Assembly (NCBI RefSeq): GCF_003918875.1
Contig: NW_025765336.1
Location: 1,178,001 to 1,242,000, forward strand
Length of the DNA: 64,000 bases
Source of the DNA: Haliotis rubra
Taxonomy: Eukaryota
Direction: 5' to 3'
The notes beneath the pieces were generated by a model that was not told the origin of the DNA, searched no databases, and was given only the letters and a program-made list of their open reading frames with translations. The position numbers and the translations under genes were made by a program. Positions 13,417 to 27,380 of the stretch are shown in pieces (position 1 is the stretch's first letter; each line of letters begins with the position of its first letter).

Positions 13417-14439
13417 ATATCCAAAGGGCAATAAAGCTAAAATATCACATGAGAAGATATTATGCACTACATACAGAAAATAGGTCACTGTGATCTTTAA
13501 TCATAAGATGTCATCGCTTGTCATACATGTATAAGCTTTCCAATTAGATTATCACCACATGGATTAGATTAGAAATAACCCTATGAAAGGTATTCTTTTG
13601 AAATTTGCAAACTTGATCTTGATCTTTTAAATGCATAGGTTATACACAACCTTTTCAGATCACAGGAAACCCTACGTGTGACAATGGAGAATCATTTCTT
13701 CAGTGTCTGACATTAAGGATGACCTTGACCCTGATATGACCAATCTGAGTCTCAAAAGCAATTCTCACAGCTATTAAGGAGATATATCAGACAATGCATG
13801 TAAAACATTGTAAAAATGATTTGTTTTGATTTGCAGCTCCAGAATTAACTTAATTGACCAACTCAGGTAACGAGGAATCAGCTCAGAGTCAAACCAATAA
13901 TGACACAGCCAATTAGACAAATGCTACTAATTAATATCACCAGACATTAATTACCACCACCCACAGCTGTCATCAGACATTAATTACACAACACCTGACA
14001 TGACAGTGGAAAGATTCCATGACTTCCAGCTGATCCAGAGTTAGTATGCAATTAATGTCCCTTGACCTTGACCTTGACCTTGAGAGAGCTGCATGCCCAA
14101 TTAAGGACTGACCACACATGGTCTGACAACACATCTATTTGTACTTGCTTGATGAATCATAAACTATCAAAACAAGCCCTACAAGGAATATCCCTCACAA
14201 GGTGAAATATAAGCATCCCTTTACATGAGCTCCAGCTGAGATTAGTGACTTGGCTTGTACATATCCCCTGAGAAAAAATCTTCACTTCTGAAGAGGTTCG
14301 AAATTGGCAGAAAGTCTTACTGCTCTGGCTACTTAGTGCAAATCAGCTGTCACCGAGTTGTAGCCCGGGGATCAGAGGGAAATCAATACACACAAACATC
14401 TCTGTGTAGCCCCCTACCTGATACATGCTGCATGGGTGG

Positions 14440-15617
14440 TGATGGTAGATGTGGGTGAGGACAGGAGACCTGGGTAGGGGTGGGAGAGGGAGATGTGGGT
14501 GAGGACAGGAGACCTGGGTAGGGGTGGGAGATGTGGGTGAGGACAGGAGACCTGGGTAGGGGTGGGAGTGGGAGATGTGGGCGAGGACAGGAGACCTGGG
14601 TAGGGGTGGGAGATGTGGGTGAGGACAGGAGACCTGGGTAGGGGTGGGAGAGGAAGATGTGGGTGAGGACAGGAGACCTGGGTAGGGGTGGGAGAGGGAG
14701 ATGTGGGTGAGGACAGGGAGACCTGGGTAGGGGTGGGAGATGTGGGTGAGGACAGGAGACCTGGGTAGGGGTGGGAGTGGGAGATGTGGGTGAGGACAGG
14801 AGACCTGGGTAGAGGCTGGGGAGTGGGAGATGTGGGCGAGGACAGGAGACCTGGGTAGGGGCGGGAGTGGGAGATGTGGGTGAGGACAGGAGACCTGGGT
14901 AGGGGTGGGAGTGGGAGATGAGGGTGAGTTCAGGAGACCTGGGTAGGGGTGGGAGTGGGAGATGTGGGTGAGGACAGGAGACTTGGGTAGGGGTGGGAGT
15001 GGGAGATGTGGGTTGGATTGTGGACGGGAAACCTCGCTGGGAATGGTAGATGTGGTTGGTAGATGTGGGTGGGGGTGGTAGATGTTGGTGGAGATGGGAG
15101 ACCTGGGTGGGGCTGGTAGATGTGGTTGGGACTGGCAGATGTGGGTGAGAATTGTAGATGTTGGGAAGAGCTGGGAGATGTGGATGTATAGATAGGGATG
15201 GTAGATGACTTGGTTGAGATGTGGGTTGGTAGATGTGGGTTGGTAGATGTGGGTGGGGTTGGTATATGTGGGTTGGGTTGGTAGATGTGGGTAGGGATAG
15301 TAGATGTGGGTGGGGATGGTAGATGTGGGTGGGGTTGGTAGATGTGGGTGTGTTTGTAGATGTGGGTGGGGTTGGTAGATGTGGGTGGGTTTGGTAGATG
15401 TGGGTGGGGTTGGTAGATGTGGGTGGGTTTTGGTGGGGATGGTAGATGTGGATGGGTTTGGTAGATGTGGGTGGGTTTGGGTGGGGGTTGTCAGATGTGG
15501 GTGGGTTTGGTAGTTGTTGGTGGGGTGGGTAGATCTGGGTGGGGTTGGTAGATGTGGGATGGTAGATGTGGGTGGGGATGGTAGATGTGGGTGGGGATGG
15601 TAGATGTGGGTGGTGGT
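14440..15617. repeat. G-rich compound minisatellite (38-44-bp unit to ~15010, then degenerate ~19-bp unit)
   Basis: gatgtgggtgaggacaggagacctgggtaggggtggga and gatgtgggtggggttggta repeats; explains the Pro/His/Thr ORFs. Confidence 0.95.
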
Positions 15618-16597
15618 ACAAGCAGGGTGTTGAGAAATAAAAAGGGATGGAAAATAGGGAGCTGGTAAGGATATGTGGTTGTGCCGGGGGGAGATCTGCT
15701 CATGGAGACAGATATCTGTAGTGCTTTCAAGATCTGGATCTTGATTTAGCAAATAAAATATTTGACACGACAAACTTGTTCGGTGCTTTTCCAAACTAAG
15801 ACCGTGACAATCACTCCACGCACCTCAATTACCACAATCACCACAATGAGGCATTTTCTGCTGAACAATCATGGCTGCCCCAACATCATGATAAATAAAC
15901 ATTACATAAAATCCTCAAAGCAAGTGGTGTTTGAAATAATTTGTCCCAAATGATCAATTTGAGGATCAATGTCTTGAAGTAAACATCCAGAAATCAATAG
16001 ACAAAGCAATACCTCCAGATCCGTCTGACGGAATAACGGATCACAGACTCTGGTTATAATTGATGGAAAACAAACTACCTGGGGCCGACTTAGTTCTACT
16101 GATGGATTGATTAACTGCAGTCTGTTACAATCCATACTTTTGAAAACATTCAATGAATATTCTGCTCAATGAACAGAACATGAATGATGTTGTATAAAGC
16201 CAACAACGGACACCAGCAGTGTGTAGCAACAACTCTTTGTCCAACAGGATCAATGGAGCCGTCAACAGCAGATTACCACATATTTTGAGCGATTACTTGC
16301 AAATACAACTTAAAGGAAATTCAGTCAGTACCTCTAGCTACTTTCTGCGTGACTGCAGTAATCGTTCTTTCCTCCCTCCAATATGGAGATTCGGTCCTGT
16401 GTTGATTCTTAAGCATAGGCCCCATGTTTTCACATGCCCTAAGACGCCTGTGCTGGTTGTACGAGGAGGATTTGGATTGGGTGGTCAGGTTCAACCAATT
16501 GTTTGATTGCGGGTTATCGTACCCCAACAGCTTTCATGCAAGCTGGACACATGAAGATATGGGCTAGAATTGGCTTTCAGCAATCCATACTATTTGA

Positions 16598-16827
16598 TTG
16601 TTTAACTCCGCACTCAGCAATATTGCAGCTGTATGGCGGTGGTCTGTAAATTTTATTGAGTCTGGACCCGACAATCCTGTGATCAACAGCATCATTCCAT
16701 GCAACTGGGATATGATGACATGTGTCAACCAAGTCAGCGAGCCTGACCACCCGATCCCGTTAGTCGCCTCTTACGACAAGCATGGGTTACTGAAGATCAA
16801 CATTCTAACCCAGATCTTCACGGGTTC
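16598..16827 (-). mobile_element. Retroposon family 2
   Basis: Family match; perfect 5' stems. Confidence 0.85.
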
Positions 16828-17101
16828 ATTAATAGGTTGTTGAACTTGATCACAGTATGAAATATGATGTGTAAGAATAAACAACACATCTGTGACTTTA
16901 CTAAGTGTTTGGTTGTTTATTTCAGAGAAGTTTCGTGCATCATTTCATCCACCAATCCATATGATCAATGATTCATTCCTGAATCTAAAGATTTATCAAA
17001 ACATACAGTTCTCCACACCTTTACTTCACAGGACCCTCACAATGCCTGCAAGGACCCTTGAAACTAATAATTAGCAGTCCCAGGGACCCCTATGTTTGTG
17101 A

Positions 17102-17458
17102 GACCGCCTCCGTGGTGTAGTGGTTAGAGCGTCCGCCCGGAGAGCGGAAGGTCGCGGGTTCGATTCCCGACCGCGTCATACCAAAAGACGTTAAAATATG
17201 GTACTTGTTGGTCCCTGCCTGGCGCTCGGCATTAATGGGTACAACAAGGACTGGTCGGCTCGGACTCAGTATAATGTGTCTGAGTGGGGTATTCATGCTT
17301 CACTGCGGCATGGTATCTCAGTGGGCTAGCACTATAAAACCAGCTTCAGTCTGAGCTAGTACAAGCAGCCGCACATACACATACACACGCATGCACGTCG
17401 TCATATGAGCGAAATATTCTCCAGCGCGACGTTAAACCCAATTTCACCTCACCTCACC
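17102..17458 (+). mobile_element. SINE family 3 (RUDI/MetaSINE-like), full length
   Basis: A box TGGTGTAGTGG, B box GGTTCGATTCC, (CACCT)n tail, TSD atgtttgYga. Confidence 0.9.
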
Positions 17459-18933
17459 ATGTTTGCGAGCCAAGGTAAAACCCTGCTTATAGACCACTAT
17501 CATATAGCTGGAATAGTGTTGAGTGCTGCATTAAACAAACAAACAAACACAGCATACAGACTGTGATAATACTGACAGCCATACCCAGCTGGAGGTCAAG
17601 TACATCTAGAGCAGGTACAGATAACACTCAGTTCAATAAGAACACTAATATAATTCAGTCAACTCATTTGACACCCATCTTGAGATGTGTGAAGCAGTTC
17701 AATGGCCACCATGATCCCTGCCTGATCAGAATGCCAGCATAGTCTCTGTTATTCCAGTCACACCTTGCCCTGTGATGGAGGCTAGGGAAACTTCTGTGAT
17801 GGAGGCTAAGGAAACTTTGGATCAGACTAGCTCCTCAACCACCAGAATAAATCACCACTGTGTCGCCATGACAACAACAAGGACAGACATATTGTTAGAT
17901 CACTGTAACAATAATCAGAATTCCAACATAACTTCATGCAGAAGACCCGGGTTCAATTCCACACATGGTGATGCCCATTTCTGGTGTTCCCTGCCGTGGT
18001 ATTGCTGGAATATTGCTAAAAGTGGCGTAAAACTAAACTCTCTCACTCTAACATAATTACATAAAATACTTGAATTTGATTGGACAATCAATAAAATTTG
18101 ACACTATCAATTTTGATTGTAAAAGTGTCTGTTTTATGACCGCTTCACTGCGCACGTATACAACACTGCCGCACTACTTCAGCTTGCCCACCAACATGGC
18201 TGATATCAACACAACAGACGTGATGGACATGTTAATAATAAAACATTTATTAAAACTCGAAAAATACAATTATATGATTTTGCTCCACTATTATTAGGGA
18301 ACCTCACTATCATATTACCTTCTATCATAAGAATATTCAAACTCAATTACAAGGTACAGCCCCAACCATAAACACACAATATATAACTTACCAGAAAGCC
18401 CTGGTAAAATTACAAAAATTTACAGCAAAACGTTTGTATGAATTGCCTGCCTGGTAAACGGTATATTTGTTTCCATTTAGAATGGTTTACACAACATGAG
18501 ATATCCAGTGAGTTTGAAGCACTTCCTAAAGAACTAGCGTCATGAGGAAATACGCAATATAACGGTCAGGCGAAACACCAAATTTATGCCACTCATACTC
18601 CCTCCTATCCAGTTGCATCGTGTTCCGTTTCAAATGAAATTTATAGACTATCAATTCAGTATAACATTCTTCTAATGTTCAAACACAATGTGTTTATCTC
18701 CTAATTGAATCACTGAACGTTCAGCTTTGACATGACATATTCTCATAATTTATCTGTATATACACTAATCCAAAGAAGTAAAAAAAAATGACTATTTCAC
18801 ATTACTGTAATATATCTGTTATAGGAACCTTGTCTTGACAAAACCCTTTCAGAACCCAATCCTAAAGAAGTTTAAAGCCAGATGCATTACTACCTTTGGA
18901 GAAAGTATAACCCAAAACCTTCTTGTGAATGTA

Positions 18934-19117
18934 GGAGTGGTCACGTAGCCTAGTGGTTAAAGCGTTCACTTGCCAGTGGTTAAAGCATTCGCGTGTCACA
19001 CTGAAGACCCGGGTTTGAGTCCCTACATGGGTACAATGTGTGAAGCCCATTTCTGGTGTCCCCCACTGTGATACTGCTAGAATATTGCTAAAAGCAGCAT
19101 AATAATCACTCACTCAC
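18934..19117 (+). mobile_element. SINE family 1
   Basis: TSD tcttgtgaatgta. Confidence 0.85.
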
Positions 19118-19896
19118 TCTTGTGAATGTATTTTGCTTACGACTGTGACCTTCACCTCTGACCTTTTCTATGACATCTCTCAAAAGAATTCCCCAGGGTC
19201 ACACAGAAGAAGTCCACGGAAGAATAACTCCTAATGTTGATCATATTGGTGTAAACATCTTTAGAAAAACATAACAGCAACTAACAGTCAAATTTCAGAC
19301 AAAAATCAAAAGCAGTCTACAGTTATTTTGGAAGCTGGCACAGGTAATGGAAGCGAAGAACGATTTGACATGCCACGAGTGGCGATTAAAATGTTGAATT
19401 AAATATATTGTACGTAAGTAATTATTAAATATGGTTGGAAATCTGAGAGCACAACTCTGGGAGAAAATGGGTGTCTACCTTTGATGATGGCGATATCTTC
19501 TTTTGATATTAAAAATATTTTTCGAACCAAAGCGAGGAAAGCACATTGCCAACCTTTCCTCGCTTTGCTCGCATATGGGAAGACTGGTAATTTTCTCTGT
19601 GTTGTGCAACCCTATTTGCGTTACAATTTACCTGTGCTTCATGAATCCAGCATTATGAGAAAACAATTTAGATACTACAAAATCTCACCAATGTTTAACC
19701 AGATAACAGAATATCATAAACATATATTTTATTCGAGGCATGAGTAGACACAATATGATAGTGATTCCTGTTGACACTATATTCGACTGATCACGACGAA
19801 AAGATGAACGAAGGTTGGGAGATCCGCTTACCTACGGAACATACCATTTTAAAACTGATTTTAAGGGTCAAGTTAGGGCCTTGGTTTATCTATGAG

Positions 19897-20137
19897 CAGG
19901 GGTGGTAATAACCCATTGCCCGACGTCCGAGTCCAGTGTTTTTTTTCTGCCGGGCAAGCAAATTTGTATATCACACTGTACCGGTGTCCAGTTGACTTTC
20001 CAATGTTAATTATGTTGTTTATTTAAAAAATCAACAAGAAAACAGCTGGTATAGTGGAAAAATTATCAGGGCAAGTGATTTTACATGTGCCACTGTACCG
20101 GAGTACACTAGCAATTTTAAAGTTATTTCCACCCCTG
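19897..20137. mobile_element. MITE, inverted copy of 8987-9225, 5-bp TSD ATGAG
   Basis: TIRs and TSD read directly. Confidence 0.85.
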
Positions 20138-20644
20138 ATGAGATCGGCCTATCTACAGTAAATAACGGCATATATATGGTAATAATCTGGTAAAATTCAA
20201 TCAATGTAATCATAACTGAATGAATATGAATTCATGATTCTGGAACCAGCTGGTAGTACAGGATTATTCATCCGGATCATCACGTTCATCTGCCATAGTG
20301 TAGGGCAATGTTGGCAATATCACATCCATGCGTGAAAAACACACTACACATTCACTATGTTCACAGCCAGAACATTGTATACAAATAGTGAGGGAGGTTA
20401 GTTTAACACAATATTCCAGCAATTTCGCGATGGGGGACACCAGAAATGCGCTTCAAACATTGTACCCATGGGGGAATCAAACCGGGATCATCGGCATCAT
20501 GAGCAAACACTTGACCACTGGGCCTGTTTCCAAAAAAGACCACTGACCCATCACATTCGATACTAACACAATAGCTGCTCAATGTTAACAACTGTTACTA
20601 TTTGGAAAGTCCCGAGCTGCTTTCATGTTAATCCATATTCACCA

Positions 20645-21179
20645 CATTCTCTTCCCACAGAGGTTACTTGTCATATCTTCCTACGAACCTCTGTTGTAAT
20701 ACGGCCATATTTCCCGGTTCTCGTAAAATCCCCTAGCTGCAAAAAATCGCAACACGAATTACCTCCCTTCATTCTATCCAATCAGAACACGTGTTACATC
20801 GATGCAAGTAAAAATGGGGCCACAAATATCCCTCTTCTCTGTCGGGGACTTGTGTTGATGTGACACACAAGACATTTAATGGCAAGCTTGTCCGTTGTCA
20901 ATGAGGGCGATGGTGACGCCATTGATCCGCCACTACATGACTGAGTTCTGTCTAGAATAAACGTTTGCGTATCGCGCAGGGGAAGAGGTTCCTGTTTTCC
21001 CGAAGCATACGGAAATTACTGAGGCCTTGCGAATGATCACTTTTGAAACAACGTCGCTGATTGCACAACTAAATCTGATTGCAACCAATCACGAATCCTG
21101 AATACTCGCACCATGAAAGGGCCGTATTAGAACAGGTTCGTAGGAAGATATGACAAGTAACTTCTGTGGGAAGAGAATG
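20645..21179. mobile_element. Mutator-like MITE, ~45-bp TIRs, 9-bp TSD TATTCACCA
   Basis: cattctcttcccacagaggttacttgtcatatcttcctacgaacct and its reverse complement at the other end. Confidence 0.85.
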
Positions 21180-21738
21180 TATTCACCAATACCTTTCCAT
21201 CATTTGCATGGGTGGAACTCCACACAAGCCATTTATCATAAAACCATGAAAATATTTCCTTTAGTCAAGCTAATGAAAACACCCACTCTGCACATGAGTG
21301 AGTGAGTGATTATGGTTTTACACCGCTTGTACCAATATTCCAGCAATATCACAGCAGGGGACACCAGAAATGGGATTCACACATTGTACCCATGTGGGGA
21401 ATCGAACCCGCACTGCACATGAATTACCGTCACAAGAATTGGATTTAAATCTGGCATTCAATCATAATTTTATCGATTCAGTGTTCCTTGAAGATAATGG
21501 AATTAGTCGCAGGTAAGGTGTTGGTACATTTAATTGAGTAAGAAATGTTGTGTCAATACATTCTCTGTTATCTACATTCCTGCCAAATCACAGCTTTTGT
21601 TCGTGGGTTCGTGTTTCCAAATTAGCTCATATAAATCATAACAATAACATTAATTCTGATTGGCTGACAGTTTTCTGTTAACCGATAAGACTATAAGTTA
21701 CTTTAATGTGCATGAGTTAACTAATATTGTGACATCTG

Positions 21739-22127
21739 GCCCAGATTTCTCGAAACAAACTTAAGTTTTTACTCAAATCTCAAACTGAGTTTCACAATTT
21801 GAAACAGCTGAACTTTTAACTCAACTTGGCTCGTCACGCCGAAGACCCGGGTTCGACTCCCCACATGAGTACATGAGTGATGTTGCTGGAATATTGTTAA
21901 AAGCGGCGTAAAATCAAATTCAGTCAGTTTAACTCAACTGCATTTTCAAAATATAAAAGCCCAAACAACTTAAGTAATCTATCCACCAAACTCAAATTGT
22001 CTTCTATAGTTTGAGTTTAATACCAATTTTAGTTCATTCTGTGGAATGCATTTTCCTGCGTTTTCTCATATTTGAGTAAAAACTTAAGGCAAAACTCAGA
22101 GTTAAGTTTGTTTCGAGAAATCGGGGC
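21739..22127. mobile_element. Harbinger-like MITE (3-bp TSD CTG) with nested SINE family 1 fragment
   Basis: TIR gccc.gatttctcgaaacaaacttaa. Confidence 0.75.
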
Positions 22128-22158
22128 CTGATCACATGCATATGACTACCTTCAAGAC

Positions 22159-22452
22159 GACCGCCTCCGTGGTGTAGTGGTTGAGAGTGTCCGCCCCGAG
22201 AGCGGAAGGTCGCGTGTTCGATCCCCGACCGCGTCATACCAAAAGACTGGTCGGCTCAGAGTCAGTATAATGTGCCTGAGTGGGGTATTCATGCTTCACT
22301 GCGGCATGGTATCTCAGTGGGCTAGCACTATAAAACCAGCTTAAGTCCGGGCTAGTACAAGCAGCCACACATACACGTACACATGCATGCACGTCGTCAT
22401 ATGAGCGAAATATTCTCAAGCACGACGTTAAACCCAATTTCACCTCACCTCA
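22159..22452 (+). mobile_element. SINE family 3 with ~60-bp internal deletion
   Basis: TSD accttcaagac. Confidence 0.88.
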
Positions 22453-23159
22453 CCACCTTCAAGACAGAGAGGGAGTCAAGATGACTCATATAATCGGGAG
22501 CCTAGGGCAATCGCTATTGGGATCCTATTCTGAGAATAAGAAGGAAAATACCAGTGAAAATCATATGAATGAATAATTGTAAATCAGAGTTGACACCTGA
22601 TGTTTCACAAAGAGTATGATGAACGAAAAAGTGTCATTATGTAACAATACATTACATATGTTCACCTACTGTCAAAACTTACAAGATCAAAAGAATTTTC
22701 ACCACAAACTTCAGAGAAACAGCTTCAAACAATGTGCTGATTCTAGAGAAATAGCCACAGACAGCGTACTAATACTAATTATATGAGAATAATATCTTTA
22801 ATCAGAATTGACACTGACACTAAAGATGGACGCTGCTTGAGGAAATGATGGACAATAATGTTCCTCATGTTTCAAAGTACAGTAATGATCCTGCTATCTG
22901 CTTACAGAACTTGCCTCAGGGCTGTCTGACATTATTTTATATCCTTGGATAAATGCGTGATAAAGAGCCTCTTATGAATGAAGCCGGTGGCTATAGACAC
23001 ATTATCTCATAATAACAACAGCAAAACAAAGATAGAAGTCAGACACACTCAACCTGCTAACATGTCGTGTAATCAGCGTATCTGGTGATTCTGTGACTGA
23101 CTAAACACTGAAACATTGGTAGTGAACCAAATATCAGCAATAGCATCACAATCACCGTT

Positions 23160-23753
23160 AGACAGTGTAGTGTTAGCAGTTAGCACTGCCACAACTTATA
23201 GACAGTGTAGGGTTAGCAGTTAGCCAACTATTAACAATAGCACTGCCACAACTTATAGACAGTGCAGTGTTAGCAGTTAGTCAACTATTAACAATAGCAC
23301 TGCCACAACTTATAGACAGTGCAGTGTTAGCAGTTAGCCAACTATTAACAATAGCACTGCCACAACTTATAGACAGTGCAGTGTTAGCAGTTGCAATAGC
23401 ACTGTGTTGTAGACAGTGCAATGTTAGCCAACTATTAACAATAGCACTGCCACAACTTATAGACAGTGCAATGTTAGCAGTTAGCCAACTATTAACAATA
23501 GCACTAGCCACAACTTATAGACAGTACAATGTTAGCAGTTAGTCAACTATTAGCAATAGCACTGCCACAACTTATAGACAGTGCAATGTTAGCAGTTAGC
23601 CAACTATTAACAATAGCACTGCCACAACTTATAGACAGTGCAATGTTAGCAGTTAGCCAACTATTAACAATAGCACTGCCACACCTTATAGACAGTGTAA
23701 TGTTAGCAGTTAGCCAACTATTAACAATAGCACTGCCACAACTTATTGACAGT
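23160..23753. repeat. Minisatellite, 57-bp unit, ~10 copies
   Basis: actgccacaacttatagacagtgcaatgttagcagttagccaactattaacaatagc. Confidence 0.95.
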
Positions 23754-23879
23754 TATCAATGAAAATCCACAGACATTTCAAGTGAATAACACTGGAAAAT
23801 CACTTTAGAATAATAGCACCATACTGCTTCTTAAATATTCTACAAGACAAAGATAAAACAAAGTTTATGTACTAAGCAG

Positions 23880-24048
23880 ACTGACTGACTGACTGAGTTT
23901 AGTTTTACGCCGCTTTTAGCAATATTCCAGCAATATCACGGTGGGGGACACCAGAAATGGGCTTAACACATTGTGCCCATGTGGGGAATCGAACCGGGTC
24001 TTCGGCGTGACGAGCCAACGCTTTAACCACTAGGCTACCCCACCGCCC
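23880..24048 (-). mobile_element. SINE family 1
   Basis: Family consensus, (GACT)n tail. Confidence 0.88.
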
Positions 24049-25728
24049 CTTAATAAGCAGAAGCACAAACATAATTTACACAGTAAATAGTATTGCACAA
24101 AGCAAGTTCTACAGCTGAGCCCTCATCCCCTCCTCCTAAACCAAAACCACACGCCCAACAAACAAGAAGGCACAATATTCATTCCCCAGGACAAAAATAT
24201 TTTACTGTTCAAATTTATATTTCACATTTTAATCAATTATTTAGTAAAAAGCTTTCATCACTCTACGAGGATGAGTTATGCCAGTATTGTAGAACGGAGC
24301 ACTCAATAGATTACCCATCACATCCCTGTGCCAGGAGCAGTCTTCTCACACTATCACACCAAGCATGAGTTTGCAGTTAGCTTGTGGAAGAGAATCTTTT
24401 TCATAAATTTATGTTGCTATCCATAAAAAGTGTCACGTATTCATGTTCATCCAACTTCAAAATGCCTACGAAAGACTTCAGGGTAATTTATAGTTCCAAT
24501 GTCAAATCATCAATTCTTATTTACGTTAATTGTTACATATTTGCCATTATTTGACAAAAACATTTCTAATAATTTGACAATTACAAAATTAGCTTACGGA
24601 CATAACAGTTTATTGTTTCATATTACCAACAAAGCAATTCTTTCTTATGTTAATTGTATGACATTTGCAATAAATTGCAAAAACATTTCCAGTAATTAAT
24701 TTTGACAATTACAAAATTGGAGTGCATATTTTTTCTGCTCAAAAACATTAGCGAGTTTGTTCATCTGTACTTCATCATTTTAATCATAGATTCAAACTGA
24801 TATGACAAACACACGCAACTGCCAAATTAACCAGCCATTTGTTATCAGTTTTAAAATTATTTCACGAATTCTGATACTTGATAGCATTAGGTTAAAACAG
24901 TATGACAGCCAATTAGCTTTGATGCTCTTGAATCAATTGCTGATTTTGTAATACAGTTGTGTTTTTGACAGAAAAAATTCCAGCACACTTTTTCAGCACA
25001 GGACACAAAAGCCAGGTTGATCGAAATTGTCAAAGTAGGATTCAAACCATGGCTTGGTGAGAAGGAAACACTTTCTCCACAATGCTATGCAGTGCCCTTA
25101 CAGCTGACTGACTGAGTTCGTTTTTTACGCCGCTTTTAGTGAAAGTTTTAGCAATCATTCCAAAAGCAACAAAATATGGTACTTGTTGGTCCCTGGGACA
25201 CGGCATTAATGGGCATCAAGGACTGGTCACATTGTATAATGTGTCTGAGTGGGGTATTCAACGGCATGGTATCTCAGTGGGCTAGCACTAGCCAACCAGC
25301 TTTAACCATACAAGGCCACACATACACATACACACCATGCATCGCTCGCCATATGAGCCCTTATAGCTACAATGTTATACAATATAATCATAGTGAGACA
25401 ATATTTTGAAGATGTTTCAACTTCTTATAGGATGTCCACCAAACATTCACAAATATGCATCAATAAGAGCAGTTTTTTCTGTCTCTAATTATGGTTTGTT
25501 GGTGATTTGATTCATTTGGGATTTACTGTGACCCACACCAATATTTCTGCTGATGATACCTGGGAACAAAATAATCAAACATCAGACAAACAGAACAAGG
25601 AAAACAAAACCGAGTCAAGGAACATGAGCTAAAAAAAAGAATAACTAAAAAAAGAACAAAGAACAGTGGAACAATAGAACATTTCAAAAAGGATCAAAGA
25701 ACAGAGAACAATAGAATCGTTTAACAGG

Positions 25729-26690
25729 ACCAAAGAACAGTGGCACGATAAAGAATTCCAGATAATATATACCAAAGAACAGTGGCACTATAAAGAATTC
25801 CAGATAATATATACCAAAGAACAGTGGCACTATAAAGAATTCCAGATAATATATACCAGAGAACAGTGGCACTATAAAGAATTCCAGATAATATATACTA
25901 AAGAACAGTGGCACTATAAAGAATTCAAGATAATATATACCAAAGAACAGTGGCACTATAAAGAATTCCAGATAATATATACCAAAGAACAGTGGCACTA
26001 AAAAACAATTCCAGATAATATATACCAAAGAACAGTGGCACTATAAAGAATTCCAGATAATATATACCAAAGAACAGTGGCACTATAAAGAATTCCAGAT
26101 AATATATAATATATAAAGAACCAGATAATATAAAAGAACAGTGGCACTATAAAGAATTCCAGATAATATATACCAAAGAACAGTGGCACTATAAAGCAAT
26201 TCTAGATAATATATATAAAGAACTGTGGTACTATAAAGAATTCCAGATAATATATATATACCAAAGAACTGTGGTACTATAAAGAATTCCAGATAATATA
26301 TATACCAAAGAACAGTGGCACTATAAAGAATTCCAGATAATATATATACCAAAGAACTGTGGTACTATAAAGAATTCCAGATAATATATATACCAAAGAA
26401 CCGTGGTACTATAAAGAATTCCAGATAATACCAAAGAACCGTGGTATTATAAAGAATTCCAGATAATTTATACCAAAGAACAGTGGCACTATAAAGAATT
26501 CCAGATAATATATACCAAAGAACAGTGGTACTATAAAGAATTCCAGATAATATATACCAAAGAACAGTGGCACTATAAAGAATTCCAGATAATATATATA
26601 CCAAAGAACAGTGGCACTATAAAGAATTCAAGATAATATATACCAAAGAACAGTGGCACTATAAAGAATTCCAGATAATATATACCGAAA
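25729..26690. repeat. Minisatellite, 42-bp unit, ~22 copies
   Basis: accaaagaacagtggcactataaagaattccagataatatat. Confidence 0.95.
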
Positions 26691-27214
26691 AATAGTTGAA
26701 CTAAAAAACAATTCAGTAGAACCAAAGAAGGGTGGAACAACAGAACAATTCAAAAGAACCAAAGAACAATGGAACAACAGAAGACACAAAGTCCTGGTGT
26801 CTGCAAAAAACCTGCATCAGTCAGACTATGTAAATCTCTTGTATTTCAGCTTCTACACATATGCCAAGACCACCGAGCTGTGGCGCTGTGACAATAAGCT
26901 CCAAGTGCCTAAGGAACACAGTTAAAGAAGACATATTTTCTAAACCTACGGGTATATTCCTTGCAGTGTTGATCATTATTACACAGTAGGTGATAATTGT
27001 ACATTTGAACAACTAAACACATTCCGTTTGCTGTCCACAATATCCATGGGAATTATAACAAATCTGTGGCAGGGAATTATTACTAAAATATTGATACTCA
27101 TATATTTATGATTTTGGCAAACATACACATTTTGATGAACGGATTGCATAAATGTTTGTTAACTACATTTTTTAAAAAGATTTAGAATGCTATCTAAGAA
27201 TCTCATGTTTTATT

Positions 27215-27380
27215 GGGGCGGTGGGGTAGCCTAGTGGTTAAAGCGTTGGCTCGTCACGCCGAAGACCCGGGTTCGAATCCCCACATGGGTACAATTTGTG
27301 AAGCCCATTTCTGGTGTCCCCCGCCGTGATGTTGCTGGAAGATTGCTTAAAGCGGCGTAAACCCAAATTCAGTCAGTCAG
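27215..27380 (+). mobile_element. SINE family 1
   Basis: TSD tcatgtttta(t)t. Confidence 0.88.

Noticed and set aside
14343-15794. 483-aa and 412-aa Pro/His/Thr-rich ORFs
   Set aside because: Translations of a stop-poor minisatellite whose unit is not a multiple of 3; open in several frames; intronic.
15690-16530. Possible LINE fragment
   Set aside because: No RT or endonuclease motifs identifiable by eye.
17102-17175. tRNA-like sequences (also 27215, 53041, 57325, 58114, 63128)
   Set aside because: SINE heads: they continue into SINE bodies and tails, mostly with TSDs; not called as tRNA genes.
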